64,000 nucleotides of DNA, taken from assembly GCA_052327205.1 (NCBI GenBank), contig CM126207.1, positions 82,522,001 through 82,586,000 of the forward strand, in the 5' to 3' direction. Positions 1 through 13,225 of the stretch are shown here, one piece after another. The DNA comes from Somniosus microcephalus. Lineage: Eukaryota. Within the stretch, counting starts at the first letter, position 1, and each line of letters starts with the position of its first letter. A model generated the notes under the pieces. That model saw nothing but the letters and a program-made list of their open reading frames with translations, was not told the origin of the DNA and did not search any database. A program made the translations under genes and the position numbers.

Positions 1-1774
1 TATCACTGGTTGAGCCAGCCTTACAGTTCATATCAGTAGCTGGTACCCTTAAAACTGATGGCACAGATTGGAAGAACATAGGACATAACAATGTAGTGCT
101 TATGGGACCAGATTGGAAAAGAAAGCTTTAATTGGGAGAGAACTATGCTGGTGAAAAAATGCTAAAGAAAAATTGGAATGAGTGAAATGTGTTCAAACTA
201 AAAAAAAAAGAGAAATGTTGCTTAACCCAGTGAAAGCTGTTTACACTGGTTCTGTGTGAATTAACTTGTTGGCTTTTGCAGACTGAGCATATTTTGTTTT
301 AACACTGATCAAGATTGTCACTTTGAAAGATTGTGTATTAGCACAGATACTGACATCTGAACCTGGCTGAATAGAATAATAGATATCACAGCACTGAAGG
401 CCAGTTGATCCATTCTGCTGGTGTGAGCTCTTCAACTTTAAGCATCTCCCCGTTACCATTTCTCTACCTTTTCCTCGTACCCCTTTATACTCTTTCTTTT
501 TAAGCACATATCCAATTTCCTTTTAAATTATATTATAGCCTGCCTCAATGATCACTTGTCGTAAAATATTCCATGTTCTAATAAACCTTCATGTGAAAAA
601 AATCTTCTCGTGATAATCTTGAGAAGATGAAATAAACATTAAAAGGGAGTGTACTGAAATAAGTATGGCGAAAGGAGGAAAAATAAAAAAATACCGGAAC
701 AGACTTTTTATTCTCACTACTTTGATTCCATCTAGTGGCAACCACTGTCTGTTTATAAATGCATGGAAAAACACATAAGCTCTCCATTTACTTTCTTCTA
801 CTTTTGTGCTTTCAGTATTTGGAAGTTTTAGTTCTGAAGTTTCCTAATAGTTCCTGCTAACATAAGATATTTTAATGGGTTCCATCTGTTTTTGCAAAGC
901 TGATGGAGAACCAGAATTAAAATAAAATTCAACTACAGTTGCCACATAATTGCAACAATTAATTTGCAATCAAATTTGTAGGAATCATTTGTTTATAGTA
1001 AGTGGTATTTGAAACTTGTTCTGAGGACAGCTGTTTGACAGTGGTAACGACAGAATTCTTTATTTGGAAGAAATAAACTTAGCATGCAGTATAGTGACCA
1101 GAAATTCAGTAAATGGATTACATATGAGAAAATACAACTAATTAAGTTAATTTAAGGTTTAGTTTTTTTTATTTTGTGATTTTTAAAAATTTTGTCCACC
1201 CTTTCAATACTGGCTCTTCGTTGATCATATACTAATTTCTGTGCTATTGTTGGAGTACTTTTAAACGTAATGATTGAATATTTGCCGAGAAAGCAAAATA
1301 AACAGAATGCATTTATTTGTATTAATACCAATGTTCGTGACAAACTTGAAACAAATTTTTAAAATTATTTTGTAGACTCTCAAATTTAGAGCTGAATCTA
1401 TTCTGGTAATGTAGTGTTAAATTACTAGCATTTTCATCCTGCACAAATCAGGAAAAGATTTATTACACTGGTACGGTTAAGGGGAACATGAATTATCTCA
1501 AATTTAGAAATATGTTGGGTATTACTGAACCATTACTGTTGGGAAGATAATCTATAATACAATTTCAACTTCTGAAATAATAAATTGTGACCAAAACATT
1601 CACACATAATATTGGACTGATCTAAACTTCATTGAAAACCATCATTTGTCTTTAACGATAGCATAATTTAATCTTTCTGATAAATAACCACACTACTACA
1701 GTATGTTGAATGAAAGAGTGATACTGGTGAAAAGATGTGGCCGTGTTAATGTAATTAGTTTTCTTATTTATCAG

Positions 1775-1912
1775 GCAGGCCGATTTGGACAGTTAACATA
1801 CATTCGAGTTTACCAGGGTATGCTGAAAAAGAGTGAGAACATCTACAACACACGAACTGGCAAGAAGATTAGAGTGCAGCGCTTAGTGCGATTGCACGCT
1901 GATCAGCTGGAG
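1775..1912 (+). CDS. GFM1: GFM1 coding exon ([15 protein letters not shown]...HADQLE)
   Basis: tcag acceptor and gtacgg donor; 138 nt, phase 0/0; translation matches EF-G domain II of GFM1. Confidence 0.96.
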
Positions 1913-2718
1913 GTACGGCTTTTAACTGGATGTATTTTATATTCACATCCTCTTTCCATCCAGTAAACTTTGCAGGCAGATCTTTTTGCATCCATAGTCT
2001 GTCCATCCATCCCATATCAGTTATTTTGTGATAGCATTTCTAGATACAATGTAAGCATGTCAGAAAATGGGATCTGTTGTTCAGAAAGATGACTAAAACT
2101 TTGTGTGGAGTTTGGTCTTTGGGTGTAACTTGATGCAGATGTAGACATAACATTTTATTTATGAAGTTGTGATTTTTATTTATGAAGTTGTGATTTTTTT
2201 TAAAGTAAGGACTTCTGACTGGTACGTTATATTTGGATGTAATGCTCGGCATCCATCTTATAACCATGTGCGAAATTAAATGATGATGGATGGTTTATTC
2301 TTGTACTGGGAAACTGAAGTAAGGCCAATTGATGTTCATATCTTCAGTACAGTACATGCAAGTATTACTATTTGATCAAGTGATTGAATTAGAAGAATGT
2401 TGACAAAGCTAAAGCAAGATAGACCTTCATTTTTGTCACAAGCGATACCTCCAACAGTGCAGCATTCTCTCACTACAACAATGAAGCTGAATTTTATGCT
2501 TGCACCCATGGTGGGGCTTGAACCCACAACCTTCTAAATCAGCTGTGAAACTGCTACCAGCTAAGCCAAAATTTGAGTCATAGAAAAATTTTGATTTAAA
2601 GTGGATGGATAGGCATTACATTTAGCTTTATTTTAGTGGATGGGTATAAGGTGATCAATGATTAAGAAACTATTTCAGTTCATGTGAAAAATGTTACTAT
2701 TTTTTTTGTCTTCCGCAG

Positions 2719-2820
2719 GACGTTGATGAAGTTTTTGCTGGTGATATTTGTGCTTTGTTTGGCATTGATTGTGCCAGTGGTGATACATTTACTGCAAGAA
2801 CAAACAGCGACCTTTCAATG
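2719..2820 (+). CDS. GFM1: GFM1 coding exon ([24 protein letters not shown]...LSM)
   Basis: Polypyrimidine tract + cag, gtaaga donor; 102 nt; too short for the ORF track, translated by hand. Confidence 0.96.
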
Positions 2821-4367
2821 GTAAGAAAGAAACATTTAACAAAATCTTAAAGTATTTACAGTTTCTCCAACAGTAATAAAAAGTCTCCCTCTTTCCCAAG
2901 AAAGGCCCACTTATCTTTGAAACTTTATTTCAACCAAGCAGCATGGAAAAAGTAAGTGTCCAGGTGCATGAAAATGTGGGTGTACGAGTCTGCTGTCAGA
3001 TCAAGCACCTCTCATCATGGATTTCTCTGTGACTGAATCTTTATTACCCACTGGAGCCCTATTGGCTGACATGGATCGGTACCTGACAATTCCAAATGGG
3101 AATGACTGACACACTGAGGTTGTTCTCATGGAACATGGACACCACATTGGCCTGTGTACAATCTACCTCTCTGTTGCCCAGTGACTCCCTCATAATGATT
3201 GTCTGTGCCTCACTAGTTTCTTTCACCATCCTACCTTGGTGATTTATTTGTTTTGAGTCCCTTGAGCTTGTCTAAGAAGTCACCTCATTCATATTGATAT
3301 TACTTTGGGGAGGATATGTTGCTCATGTCTTCTTCCTTTGTGAATACTTAAAGTAATATTTCAGCTTTGTACTCATCCTCAGTTTCAACCATGTTTGCAT
3401 CATTTATGGTTCTCACATTTTCTCTGACTTTTTATTGCTGTAGCACTGAAAGAGTTCTTCATTATTATGCTCCTAGAATTCATGTACAAACAATTTATTG
3501 TAGATTTGCTACCTTTCATGTCTGCCAGAGTTTGCTTTTGCCTAGTATGTATGTCAGGATTTCTGTGGTCACACCCACCTGTTTGATGACCTTCTGCCTA
3601 TGGTCTACCTCATCTGGGACCTGGCTTTCTTCCTGCCCCTTCCCCTACTTGTCTCGTTTAAATGATTTTTAGTTGCTGCCTCAATGTTCCTCAAGTGTCT
3701 TTGTTCCTACGTGATTTGGGTGCAGCCTTTTCCTCCTGTACCAGTCCTTTTTACTCAAAATTATTCCTAGTTTAAAATGAAAGTAGCATTGTTTGTTGAA
3801 TCAGCAAGTTGCAGCCCATCAATTCTGTTTCAGTTAAAAGCTTCATTTGGGGAAATTGTTAAGAATTTATGTTGCAGAAACTGTTAATTTATAGTTTTTT
3901 AGCATCAAACAATTCATACACATTTAATTGAAATTTATAGTTGTACCTTTCTTCTGCTAACACGTAACCAGATGGAAAACTGCTCACATTGTAGGGTAAT
4001 AAAATCTGGCAACTATTAAGAAAATAAATTTATTTTGCGTCTCCCCACAGCTGTTCACTCTCCTAGTAAGCTAGCTCTATGACAGTGAAACTCAACAAGA
4101 TTATTTTGATTGACAGGAGAACCCAGTACTGTATTACAAAGTGCACTTTATATTCTTCTGATCTTGAAAACTATGATATTAGGAAGGCCAAGTTTGATGC
4201 TTTTAAATCATAGTATTTTAAAATATTAGCTCTTGTGGACAATGCAGCAACAAAATAGTTAAAAGATTCAGGGCAGCAATGTGATAAAATAACATGGAAA
4301 TATAAGAATGTCATATGTGAAATAGTATATATTTATGCTAATTGTTCTGCTTTTAAATACAATACAG

Positions 4368-4424
4368 GAATCTATTCATGTCCCTGAACCTGTGATATCA
4401 GTAGCAATAAAACCTGTCAACAAG
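4368..4424 (+). CDS. GFM1: GFM1 coding exon (ESIHVPEPVISVAIKPVNK)
   Basis: cag/gtacgt boundaries; 57 nt; in frame with neighbours. Confidence 0.95.
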
Positions 4425-5379
4425 GTACGTGTATCTGGATTCTACCTCCTGAAATGTATTTTTCTCCTCCTTGGGTTCCATCCTATACATTATATTTTGA
4501 CCAATGAGGCAGGCAACACTATGTTTCCAGACCTTTTCAGTGTTACTGTTGAGCTAATTGTTAGAAATGCACGAGAGTGTAAAATTTAAAAGATTTGCAT
4601 TTATTTGTCATATCACAACTCTGAAACTTCTCAAAATGCTTCACGTGATGAATTACCTTTTGAAGTCTTGTAAAGTGCCAGTGCGCCACACCCTCAATAT
4701 TTCCTCCCACTTTACTGTAAAATCATGCCGAACCTATCCTTGGTGCTCTCCTGATTATACAACTAAAGGCAGGCATTCATCACGTAGGAACTCGTGTGAA
4801 CTCCTATCACTCGCACCCACCCTGACACATCACCATGATGTACACTGCAGTGACCAAGATATTCCGTGATTTGATTGAAATATTAAAATTGGGGAGATAG
4901 AAATTATACTATTTAGATTTTGTACTGTTTGGTATTTTTTATGCAATACCCTTTGGCATAGATTGAGAAATTCAGATTGAAATCTCTACCTCCCATAATT
5001 TTTGCATTCTGAATCTAAATGAAAGATTGAGAAGCTCTTTCCTCAACAGGGTGCCTCTGTTGAGGTACCTGAAAGGAGAAGGGGCGTACTTTAAATTGGG
5101 AGTCAGAGAAGGAGGCAGAAATAAATAATAATATACAGAATCTGTACTCAAATTAATAGTTTGTCGTCTGAAGACCCTGAAGGCAGATACAGTTGCCAAA
5201 ATAATTTGAAATTAGAGCTATAATGTAAAAAAAACATGGGCAAATAAGATGTGAATTAGGACCTGTTTTCGAGAGTGAGCTGAAGTAATAATTTAAGTTG
5301 AAGAAGTACTCTAGCAATATATTTACTGAGGATTTTACCCTTTTTTGTTGGGAACACATATCTGTTGTGATTAAAAATA

Positions 5380-5447
5380 TATATTTGTTTCAAATATGAT
5401 CTAAAATATTTGTTTCAAATATGATCTAAAATATTTGTTTCAAATAT
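5380..5447. repeat. 25-bp tandem repeat x~2.7
   Basis: atatttgtttcaaatatgatctaaa. Confidence 0.85.
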
Positions 5448-5779
5448 TGGAGTCACCCAAAGGTGATTTGCATCAGAAAAGATGATTGTAGTGAAGCAAT
5501 GAACATTGTTAATAAGTGGTTTTTCATGGTTTCATGATTTTTAAGAAATTAAATAAAATTCATAGATAGCTTCCCAAGTTCATAGATGCAAAACTCTCAA
5601 AGCATTTCCCTGCATCTCACTACAAATCTCTCATGGTTGTTCAGGAATACAAATCACACATTTCCAGATGTAGCAGCTATGTTGAGATTATAAATGTACT
5701 GTTTTGACGGAATGAAAATATTTTTCCATGTAAGATGTTAAGAAAAACACTTCAAAGTGTACTATATATTCTGTTTCAG

Positions 5780-5917
5780 AATGATTTGGATAAATTTTCC
5801 AAAGGAATTGGCAGATTTACGCGAGAGGATCCCACTTTCAGGGTTACTTATGATCCTGAGAGCAGAGAGACAATTGTATCCGGAATGGGAGAATTACACT
5901 TAGAAATTTATGCACAG
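5780..5917 (+). CDS. GFM1: GFM1 coding exon ([20 protein letters not shown]...[12 protein letters not shown])
   Basis: EF-G domain III motifs EDPTF and GMGELHL; cag/gtattt; 138 nt. Confidence 0.97.
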
Positions 5918-5997
5918 GTATTTAACCGATTGTAACTTAATTTTATTTTTATGGTTTGAATTTTGGTGTAGTTCATTAAGTGTTTGGTGAACATTAG

Positions 5998-6694
5998 GGC
6001 CTAGAAATTCACTATGGCCCCGCCAGCTGGCTAGCGCCCAAAAGTTAGCGCTGGGCGCGGAGCCAGTTGCGACCGTCAGATATTCAGTTTTTGCGCCCCA
6101 AGTCGGAACCGGGCGCTATTCCAGGGTGTGCCCGCCCCCGCTTGGGGCACTGAAACTGAATTTCAGCGCTCTAGGCGCCGCTGCGCCACCCACTGCGGAG
6201 CGGCAGGCTGCGGTACTGCAGGCCTCCTCCTCTTAAGGGGGAGGTGCCTGCCACAGGGAGATCGCCGCTGGATAGTGCCGGCAAATGAGCCCGGCACCAC
6301 GGAGAAGTGCCGGGTTCGCGGAAAGCAGCTGGCAATGCCGTGGGGGGGGGGGTGGAGGAGGCCGGGGAAGGAGGTGCGGGCAGGCGGCCGCCAAAAAAGC
6401 GGCCGGCCGCACCTCCACCTTAAAGCGCCCCACTAAGGCTACAGTACGGCCCCGTTTAATGGTCGCTGTTTGCGGCCGCTGCGGAAGAGGCGGCTGCAAC
6501 TAAATATGGGGATCGGGGCGGAACCGGGGCACTGCGCATACCGATGACGTCATCGGTGCCGGCGCAGCGCTAACGGCTACCGCCGCCATTACCGCTGCGC
6601 TGAATATCCGCGCAGACTCCTGTATTGGCGCAGAAGCCCTCTTTAGGCGGTAACTGGCCGCAAAGCTGCCGGCGCCTTAATGAATTTCTAGGCC
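5998..6694. mobile_element. GC-rich Harbinger-type MITE, family A
   Basis: TIR GGCCTAGAAATTCA; TAG TSD. Confidence 0.85.
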
Positions 6695-9249
6695 TAGGTT
6701 TCAATATGTATGCATTTCAAGTACCTTTCAGATTGAGCACAAATGTTTATTTTGCCATTTGAATAGTGATGTTAATACATGAATTCATTGAATTAAAGTC
6801 ATCTGTTGAGGGAATGCTCCAGACTCAAACTATATTTAATGCACAAAACTCCCAATAACTGCAGAAAGGCTCTGCCAACAATGATTTATTTGCTGTAGTC
6901 CTGTTTAAATTCTATCTGTTGCACATCTTTGACAAGTTATTTCACTTTTTTTTAAACTTAAAAATAGCTACCAGCTTAAGTTCAATTACAAAATATTGGG
7001 CATTGCTTTCTCTCTCCCACTCTGCCCAAACCTCCTTGTTGCTGCAGCAACAGTTAAGTGGAAACATAAACCGTCTGCCATAATCACTGCATGTGTAATA
7101 TACATTTCTACACCTGTTTTTTAAGGTGTTAGATATTGGAATATTGATGGTAAAATCCACTGCATAAATTACACCATCCTATAGATTTTTATGGCATGCT
7201 AATATATGGTGCGATTTTATGTACTGGTATGATTTATCTTGACACCAACCTGCCTCATGTAAAGCAAGGCAGTGCAACCTTCATACTTGTAAAACCATTA
7301 TACTGGAATTTATAGTAGCTTTTCTGTTTTGCTAAGCTGGTTTTATGCACTGGAAAATAACCATTTTTACATTGGGTGAAGTTTGCTTCATTTAATTTGA
7401 ACAAGTTGTATTGGGTTTGGCAAAATTATTAAGGTAATTGGTGAAGCGTAATTTCCTTAATTTTCTGTGATGGGGTTTTCTAAATCTGTTGAGTACCTAC
7501 ATGGCAGTTTTTAAAACAAAGGCTGCAATTTCCTGCATTTTCCATCAAAAGTATTTTGCGATTTTAGTACTGCCCTGAAATTTAACACACTGCTTTTTTA
7601 TACTGATTCACAGATGTGTTTCAAGTCCAGCTTTACTTTTGCCTTGATTTTGTTTTTGTTCACCTATTAAATGCAGTTGTTTTGCACCTATAAGGGAATA
7701 GGTCCAATACCTGAGTTAGCCACTGAATTGTACCTTTAATACTGACAGCAACCAAATTGCATTTGTATAGTGCCTTTAAAGTAATAGTGTTCCAACGCAT
7801 TTCAACGCAGGAGAGATGGATTGAGCAGTAGAAAATTTTGGAGAATTCGCTGAAAGCACAGTAAAAAAATATATATATATAGGTTTCAAGGTCTTTTTTT
7901 TTTAAAGGCAATGAGGGAAGTAGCAAGGCTAAGAGCTTTACGGTGGGGCCAAAATAGCTAAAAGCTCTGCTAACAAGTGAGGATCCCTGGGAGAGAGAAA
8001 CAGGAGCCCAGGGTTGAAGGACTACAGGATGTAGAGCTGAAGTTTGGAGAGATAAAGTGGAGGGATGTGTAAACAATGACCAGAATTTTGATTTTGGTGT
8101 GTTGAGAGTCAGGAGGCCAGTGGAGGTCAGCAGTGATGGTTGAGTGAGACCCAGTGAAGGTCAGGACGTGGGTAACGGAGTTTTGGACAAGTTGGAGTTT
8201 GTACAGGGAGAACTTCAGGAGATGGCAAGTCTTGAGGTAACGAGAGCAGGGTCAGGGTTCCAGCAGTGGAGGCAGTGAGATTGAAGCAAAGGCAAGCAAT
8301 TTTGCTGTTATGAAATTTGGGTCTGTCTCTGGTTCATCAGCAGTGGACACTTCCCGAAGCAGTCCTCTCGCCTTACCTTTTAGAATTGCTTCCACCCCAC
8401 CCAATATCTGATAGCATGATAGGAGAACCTGGAAGCATAACAATAGTGTACCTTGTGATCTTAACTGAATATAGTATCTTTCGCGTGTGCTTCTCCAATC
8501 TTTCAGTGGGCGAACTGAAAACACTTAAATGAGCAAGGCCAGATATAAATAGTTGAGCTGTTTTATCCTACAGACAGCAAGTAAATGTACAACGCGAGGG
8601 TCATAATGAAAATTTACCTCACTTAACTTCAAACTCCTCAGCTATAATCAGCTGTGCTGCCTTGGCCTGCGTTAGTGGGATGACTTGTACTTTAATCAGC
8701 TTAACATTGAAACTGGCCAAGGCGTACACTAGCTTGGTCGGCACTAGTCCTACAATAAACTACCTCAGCCTTTCTTGCCTTTTTCAGACCATACCAACTA
8801 ATTGACTGACATTGAAAATTCTATTTCTTTTATCTTTTTGTTACTTCTGACCACAGGAAATGGATGGGCTGTCCCTCTGATGACTTCCCTGTTCAGTGAT
8901 TCTCCAGTAGGCCTGTTCCTAAAACTAGCTACCTCCCTACCAAAAGTAGATTCTAACCAGACTACCTTGGCAACCATCCTTACTGAGTTTACATGATTTG
9001 GGCCAGCCCAACAATAATAGGGGTGGATGGTCGTTGGAATATCTAAATTAACTTCAGTTGTCTAAAGTATTCTGTTTCAGATCCTTTATCTGAATCCTAC
9101 TCTACATTTCCTAGCTCTGCTATTTTGTGAATTTGACCCCTTGAGAGTTGTCTGTAATTAATAAAAGGTAACATTCTTAATATAAATCATACCAAGATAC
9201 TTTCTGTAGTAAATTGTCAATAATCCCAGAATGTGACATTTGTCTTGGT

Positions 9250-9940
9250 GATGGATAGCTTATGGGGTTTGAAGCTCAACTCAAATACAACACTGAGGTC
9301 GTGCACTGTCTGGTTCAGCCTGTGTGAATAGCTTGGGAGAGAAATAGAATCAGGATCACGGGTAGGAGTCGAATAAGATAGCTTCAATTTTCCCAGTGTT
9401 CAACTGGAGGAAGCTCTGGCTCATTTGTGACTTGATGTCAGTTCGGCAGTCTGACAACATGGGACGTAATTGTGGAATTGAGTGTGATGGTGGGTAATTA
9501 GTGCTGGGTGTGTTTATAGGTATGGACACTGACCGCTTTTCTGCGGATAATATTTCCAAGGTACAGCATGTAAATGAGGAAAAAGAAGGAGCCCAGCAAA
9601 CTTTGAGGTATTTTTAATGTAACCATGGGATGGGCGGAGAGCTGTTGCTAGAAATATGGTGGCTCTGTTGGAACAAGTAGGAATGAACCTGTTTCAGGGA
9701 TGCCCCCCAAAGGTAGATTACAAATAATATGGTGGAGAAAAATGTAGTGATCAACTGCATCGAATGCTGCTGAACATTTGAGGAGGGATAGCAGACATAC
9801 TGGATGCCATCAGTGACTGATTAATGCTGTCTCTGTGCAACGGGCAGGACAGAAACAAGATTATGTGGATTCAAACAAGAAACTTTGGGTGCGGGCAAAG
9901 AGGTGGCTAGCAATGATGCGTTCAAGGATCTTGGAGGGGG
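9250..9940 (-). mobile_element. Old L2 LINE RT fragment (a similar piece lies at ~7730-8330)
   Basis: DIKSQMSQSFLQLNTGKIEAILF resembles the L2 W.M..N.LQLN..KTE motif. Confidence 0.65.
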
Positions 9941-10074
9941 AATAAATACTGCCAAATTTGAAAACCTGATATTTTCACTGGGAAGACTGCTGACTAAGGT
10001 TTATAGAGGTTCTTAATTTAAAATGGGACAGCGCGCTCACCTGCTGATTCGTTTAGTGAAAGCATACAAATGAA

Positions 10075-10370
10075 AAGCCCCAGTTTGTTTCTGAATTTAG
10101 GCTGAGTTTGCTGATCTTAGCCAAAGTGGCAGTAGAGGTGTTACTGTGCTCCTGGGTGAGAGAGAAGGTACACTGGCCACTGCTCCTGCTCCAAATCACT
10201 ATTCCTTGCTGGAAAATGCACCTGTATGGGCATCAGGTGAGGACAAGATCAGGCTTAGCTGTAACATTGCCCATAGAGAAATAGCATGCCAACAATAACA
10301 TTCTCTGCTCACTAATGAAGAATGGCCAATCATGGGTGAGTTGCTGAAGAGCAATCACTGCATATAGATC
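10075..10370 (+). mobile_element. Ancient SINE remnant (LF-SINE-like); inverted relative at ~63040-63180
   Basis: Shared ggtgaggaca.gat..gg.tt.gct motif between the two copies; tgaagaatggcca block recalled from LF-SINE. Confidence 0.4.
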
Positions 10371-11574
10371 CACACCTCAGCAGAATTCAGAAGAGGAGGA
10401 AAGGAATAAATTGGCAAAAAAATAACTCTTTAGGATTTCTGCCTGATGGCCCAGTTTAGGTGAGTTGATATTCATCCAACACATTTTGCTGTAATGCAAC
10501 AAAATAATTGCCAACTTTTGATGAGAAAATATCTTGAAGGAGAAACCTGCCCTAGTTTTTGTTGACAATTGAAAGGCACTTGCAGGGTATAGTATGTCTT
10601 TGTATATAAAAAGGTATGGAGGGGGTACCCTTGATTATTTAGGTACGTTGTCAATGTTAAAACTGTATACCGATTAACAATGACAATACAATGAGCTAAA
10701 GTTAGGGTCTGCTGCCGTGTCTTCTGCTTGTCCAGCAGTATAGGTTTCTAATGCATGTTATTTATCTGTGGAATCATAGAAATGTCAATACAAAGTAATC
10801 CATTTGGCCTGTCATGCCTGTGCTGATGTTAGATTTCGTCCCCCCCCCCGCCAAAAAAAACAATTTCTTGTAATCCTGTTTCCTTAATACTTTTAATATT
10901 TCCCTTTCCAAGTGTTTAGCTGTGGAATCCTAGAAGCAAACACACACAAGTTAATATCCTGCATTTGTACAGGATTGCTGTTCAAAGCCAAAGTTCAAGG
11001 GTTATCTTGTATTTCCTGCAGTTTACCTATTGTATTGTCAAAATAAAAGCTAAGTTACTAAAATAAATTAAGCAAAGTTGCTGGTGTCATAAACTGATGA
11101 TACCTAAGTTCTGAAATGAGGGTTTGAGCATTTTATTATCTTAGATACAAAATACTTTAGTGAAGGAATGTGAAATATTTTTATTATTGCCATTATCTAT
11201 ATTGTGATATTGGTGCAATTAAGAACTTAGTTCCGGATGCATGAATCCGCCTCTTTCTACAATATTGTGCAACTTGGTAACAACTGTAGATGTAATGCAT
11301 TTGAACTTCAAGAAAATTATTGGCATTAATAGATTAGGAGCAAACGGTAAAACGCTGAAAATGGCACATAAGGAGAAGCTGGAAATGGCTATTTAGTCTA
11401 TTCAGCTCGCTCTCATGACCGACAAAAAACAATTTTACTTTCTTCCTTACCTAATGCTAAGTCCATATTCTTCCACTCCACTTATTCTGAATCCTTCCCA
11501 TTTCATTGTTAAATATTTCAACTGAGTGTACGTGCAGTGCAAAACATTATTCTTTACAGCAAAACTTGATTTTT

Positions 11575-11915
11575 GGTGAACACGGAGCTTGTTCCCATTT
11601 GTGGGGAAGAGCAAAACTAGAGGCCATCAATATAAGATAGTCACCAAGAAATCGAATAGGGAATTCAGAAGAAACTTCTTTACCTAGAGAGTGGTGAGAA
11701 GTGGAACTCGCTACCACAGGGAGTAGTTGAGGCAACTGGGATAGATGCATTTAAGGGGAGGTTAGATAAGCATATGAGGGAGAAGGGAATAGAGGGTTAT
11801 GCTGATAGTTAGATGAGGAAGGATGGGAGGATGCTCGAGTGGAGCATTAATGCCAGCATGGACTGGTTAGGCCGAATGATCTGTTTTTGTGCTGTATATT
11901 CTATATAATTCTACA
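11575..11915 (+). mobile_element. CR1 LINE 3' end
   Basis: TRGH..K, RRNFFTxRVV motifs and attctat tail. Confidence 0.8.
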
Positions 11916-12519
11916 TATAATTACATGGAATATACAGCACAAAAACAGTTTACCAAAGCACAAGATTGTATATATTGATACAGAAGTTGGCTGGGCAAGT
12001 CATTTGACAATGCACATTCACAGGGTATTGTTTTAAAATTAATACATCTTTTGATGAATTGTATTCATCACTTTGAAGCGAGTCAAGGCAGGAATGCAAC
12101 AATTCTACTTTTGTAAACATAGCCCTTAGTTTGGAAAAATCTGTTCCAGGAATGGCTGGCTGCCCACAATGCACTGAGATGACTGTGCCCAATTTTGTAA
12201 TATCAGTTTATTTTATTTGAAGAATTAGCAAGCTCCCAGCATAGCTCTGGCCTTGTACAGACAGCTGACCAAATGGATGATGCTCAGAATCTGGCCAAAC
12301 TGCAGGAAATTGCAGCTCATCTAGGTCTGGATGTCAGACAAGCAGGCTGGCAATACAGAGGCATGGGAAATGTGGTAGAGATGTAGTGTTGGATGTCATC
12401 AGCATACATGTGGAACCTGATGTTTTATACACTTAATGAGTGAGCTACAGTTATACCTGCCCTCAAGAACTGCTCTTCCTCCTCCAAATCTAGGAGTGCC
12501 CATTTGCTGCAAGTGAATA

Positions 12520-13225
12520 CAGGTAGACTATCCTTTATCCGCACTTCCGAAAACCTCTAAAAACCGAAAGTTTTTTTGTGGAGCATAAGTCGTGCGCACG
12601 ACATGACCCGAGTGGCGCCAAACATGACCGGAGTGGTCCGGGAGCTCTGCCTTTCCCTGTGAGCAGGGCAGAGGGTCACAGAGTTCCCTCCTGGGTAGGA
12701 GATTGCAGGCCGAGCCGGGCAGTGTGAAGGAGGTACCGGGAGAGTGAACCCAATAATACAGCGGCCCGTCCGATAGTCTTTTGTTCCCCCCCCCGACCCC
12801 GACCTGATTTGCGGGCCAGCTTAGTGTAGGAGTCAGCCGATATCTGGCTTTCCCACAACTGGCGGCAGCAGTCAAGCCCCAGACCCCCGCTAAGTCAAGG
12901 AATTCAGATACGGAGCAGGGGGAGCCGGAAACCTCGATCTAACGGCAGAAATCAGCAGCCATTTTGTTAGGTTTATTTTCTTCCCCTAGCATTTTTTTTC
13001 TTCCCCCTAGCATTTTTTTAAACAGTCAGGCTGTGGAAAGAGTCTCTGTAGCTTAGCAACAGCTTCAGAGACACTCCCAAGGCAGGGCCCGAGTGTTTAC
13101 AAGCTGTTGCTAAGCAACAGTGTTTGTTGTCAGATACGGAGATGAAAACCTTCTGAAATCCGAAAAATTCCGAAAACCGAAACACAGCTGGTCCCAAGGT
13201 TTTCGGATAAAGGATAGTCTACCTG
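12520..13225. mobile_element. Tc1/mariner (Tigger/pogo-like) MITE
   Basis: TIR CAGGTAGACTATCCTTTATCCG; TA TSD. Confidence 0.9.

Noticed and set aside
6128-6503. GC-rich ORFs in MITEs (also 24529-25121, 50779-51318, 60190-60796)
   Set aside because: Low-complexity Arg/Gly/Pro/Ala translations expected from GC-rich non-coding elements
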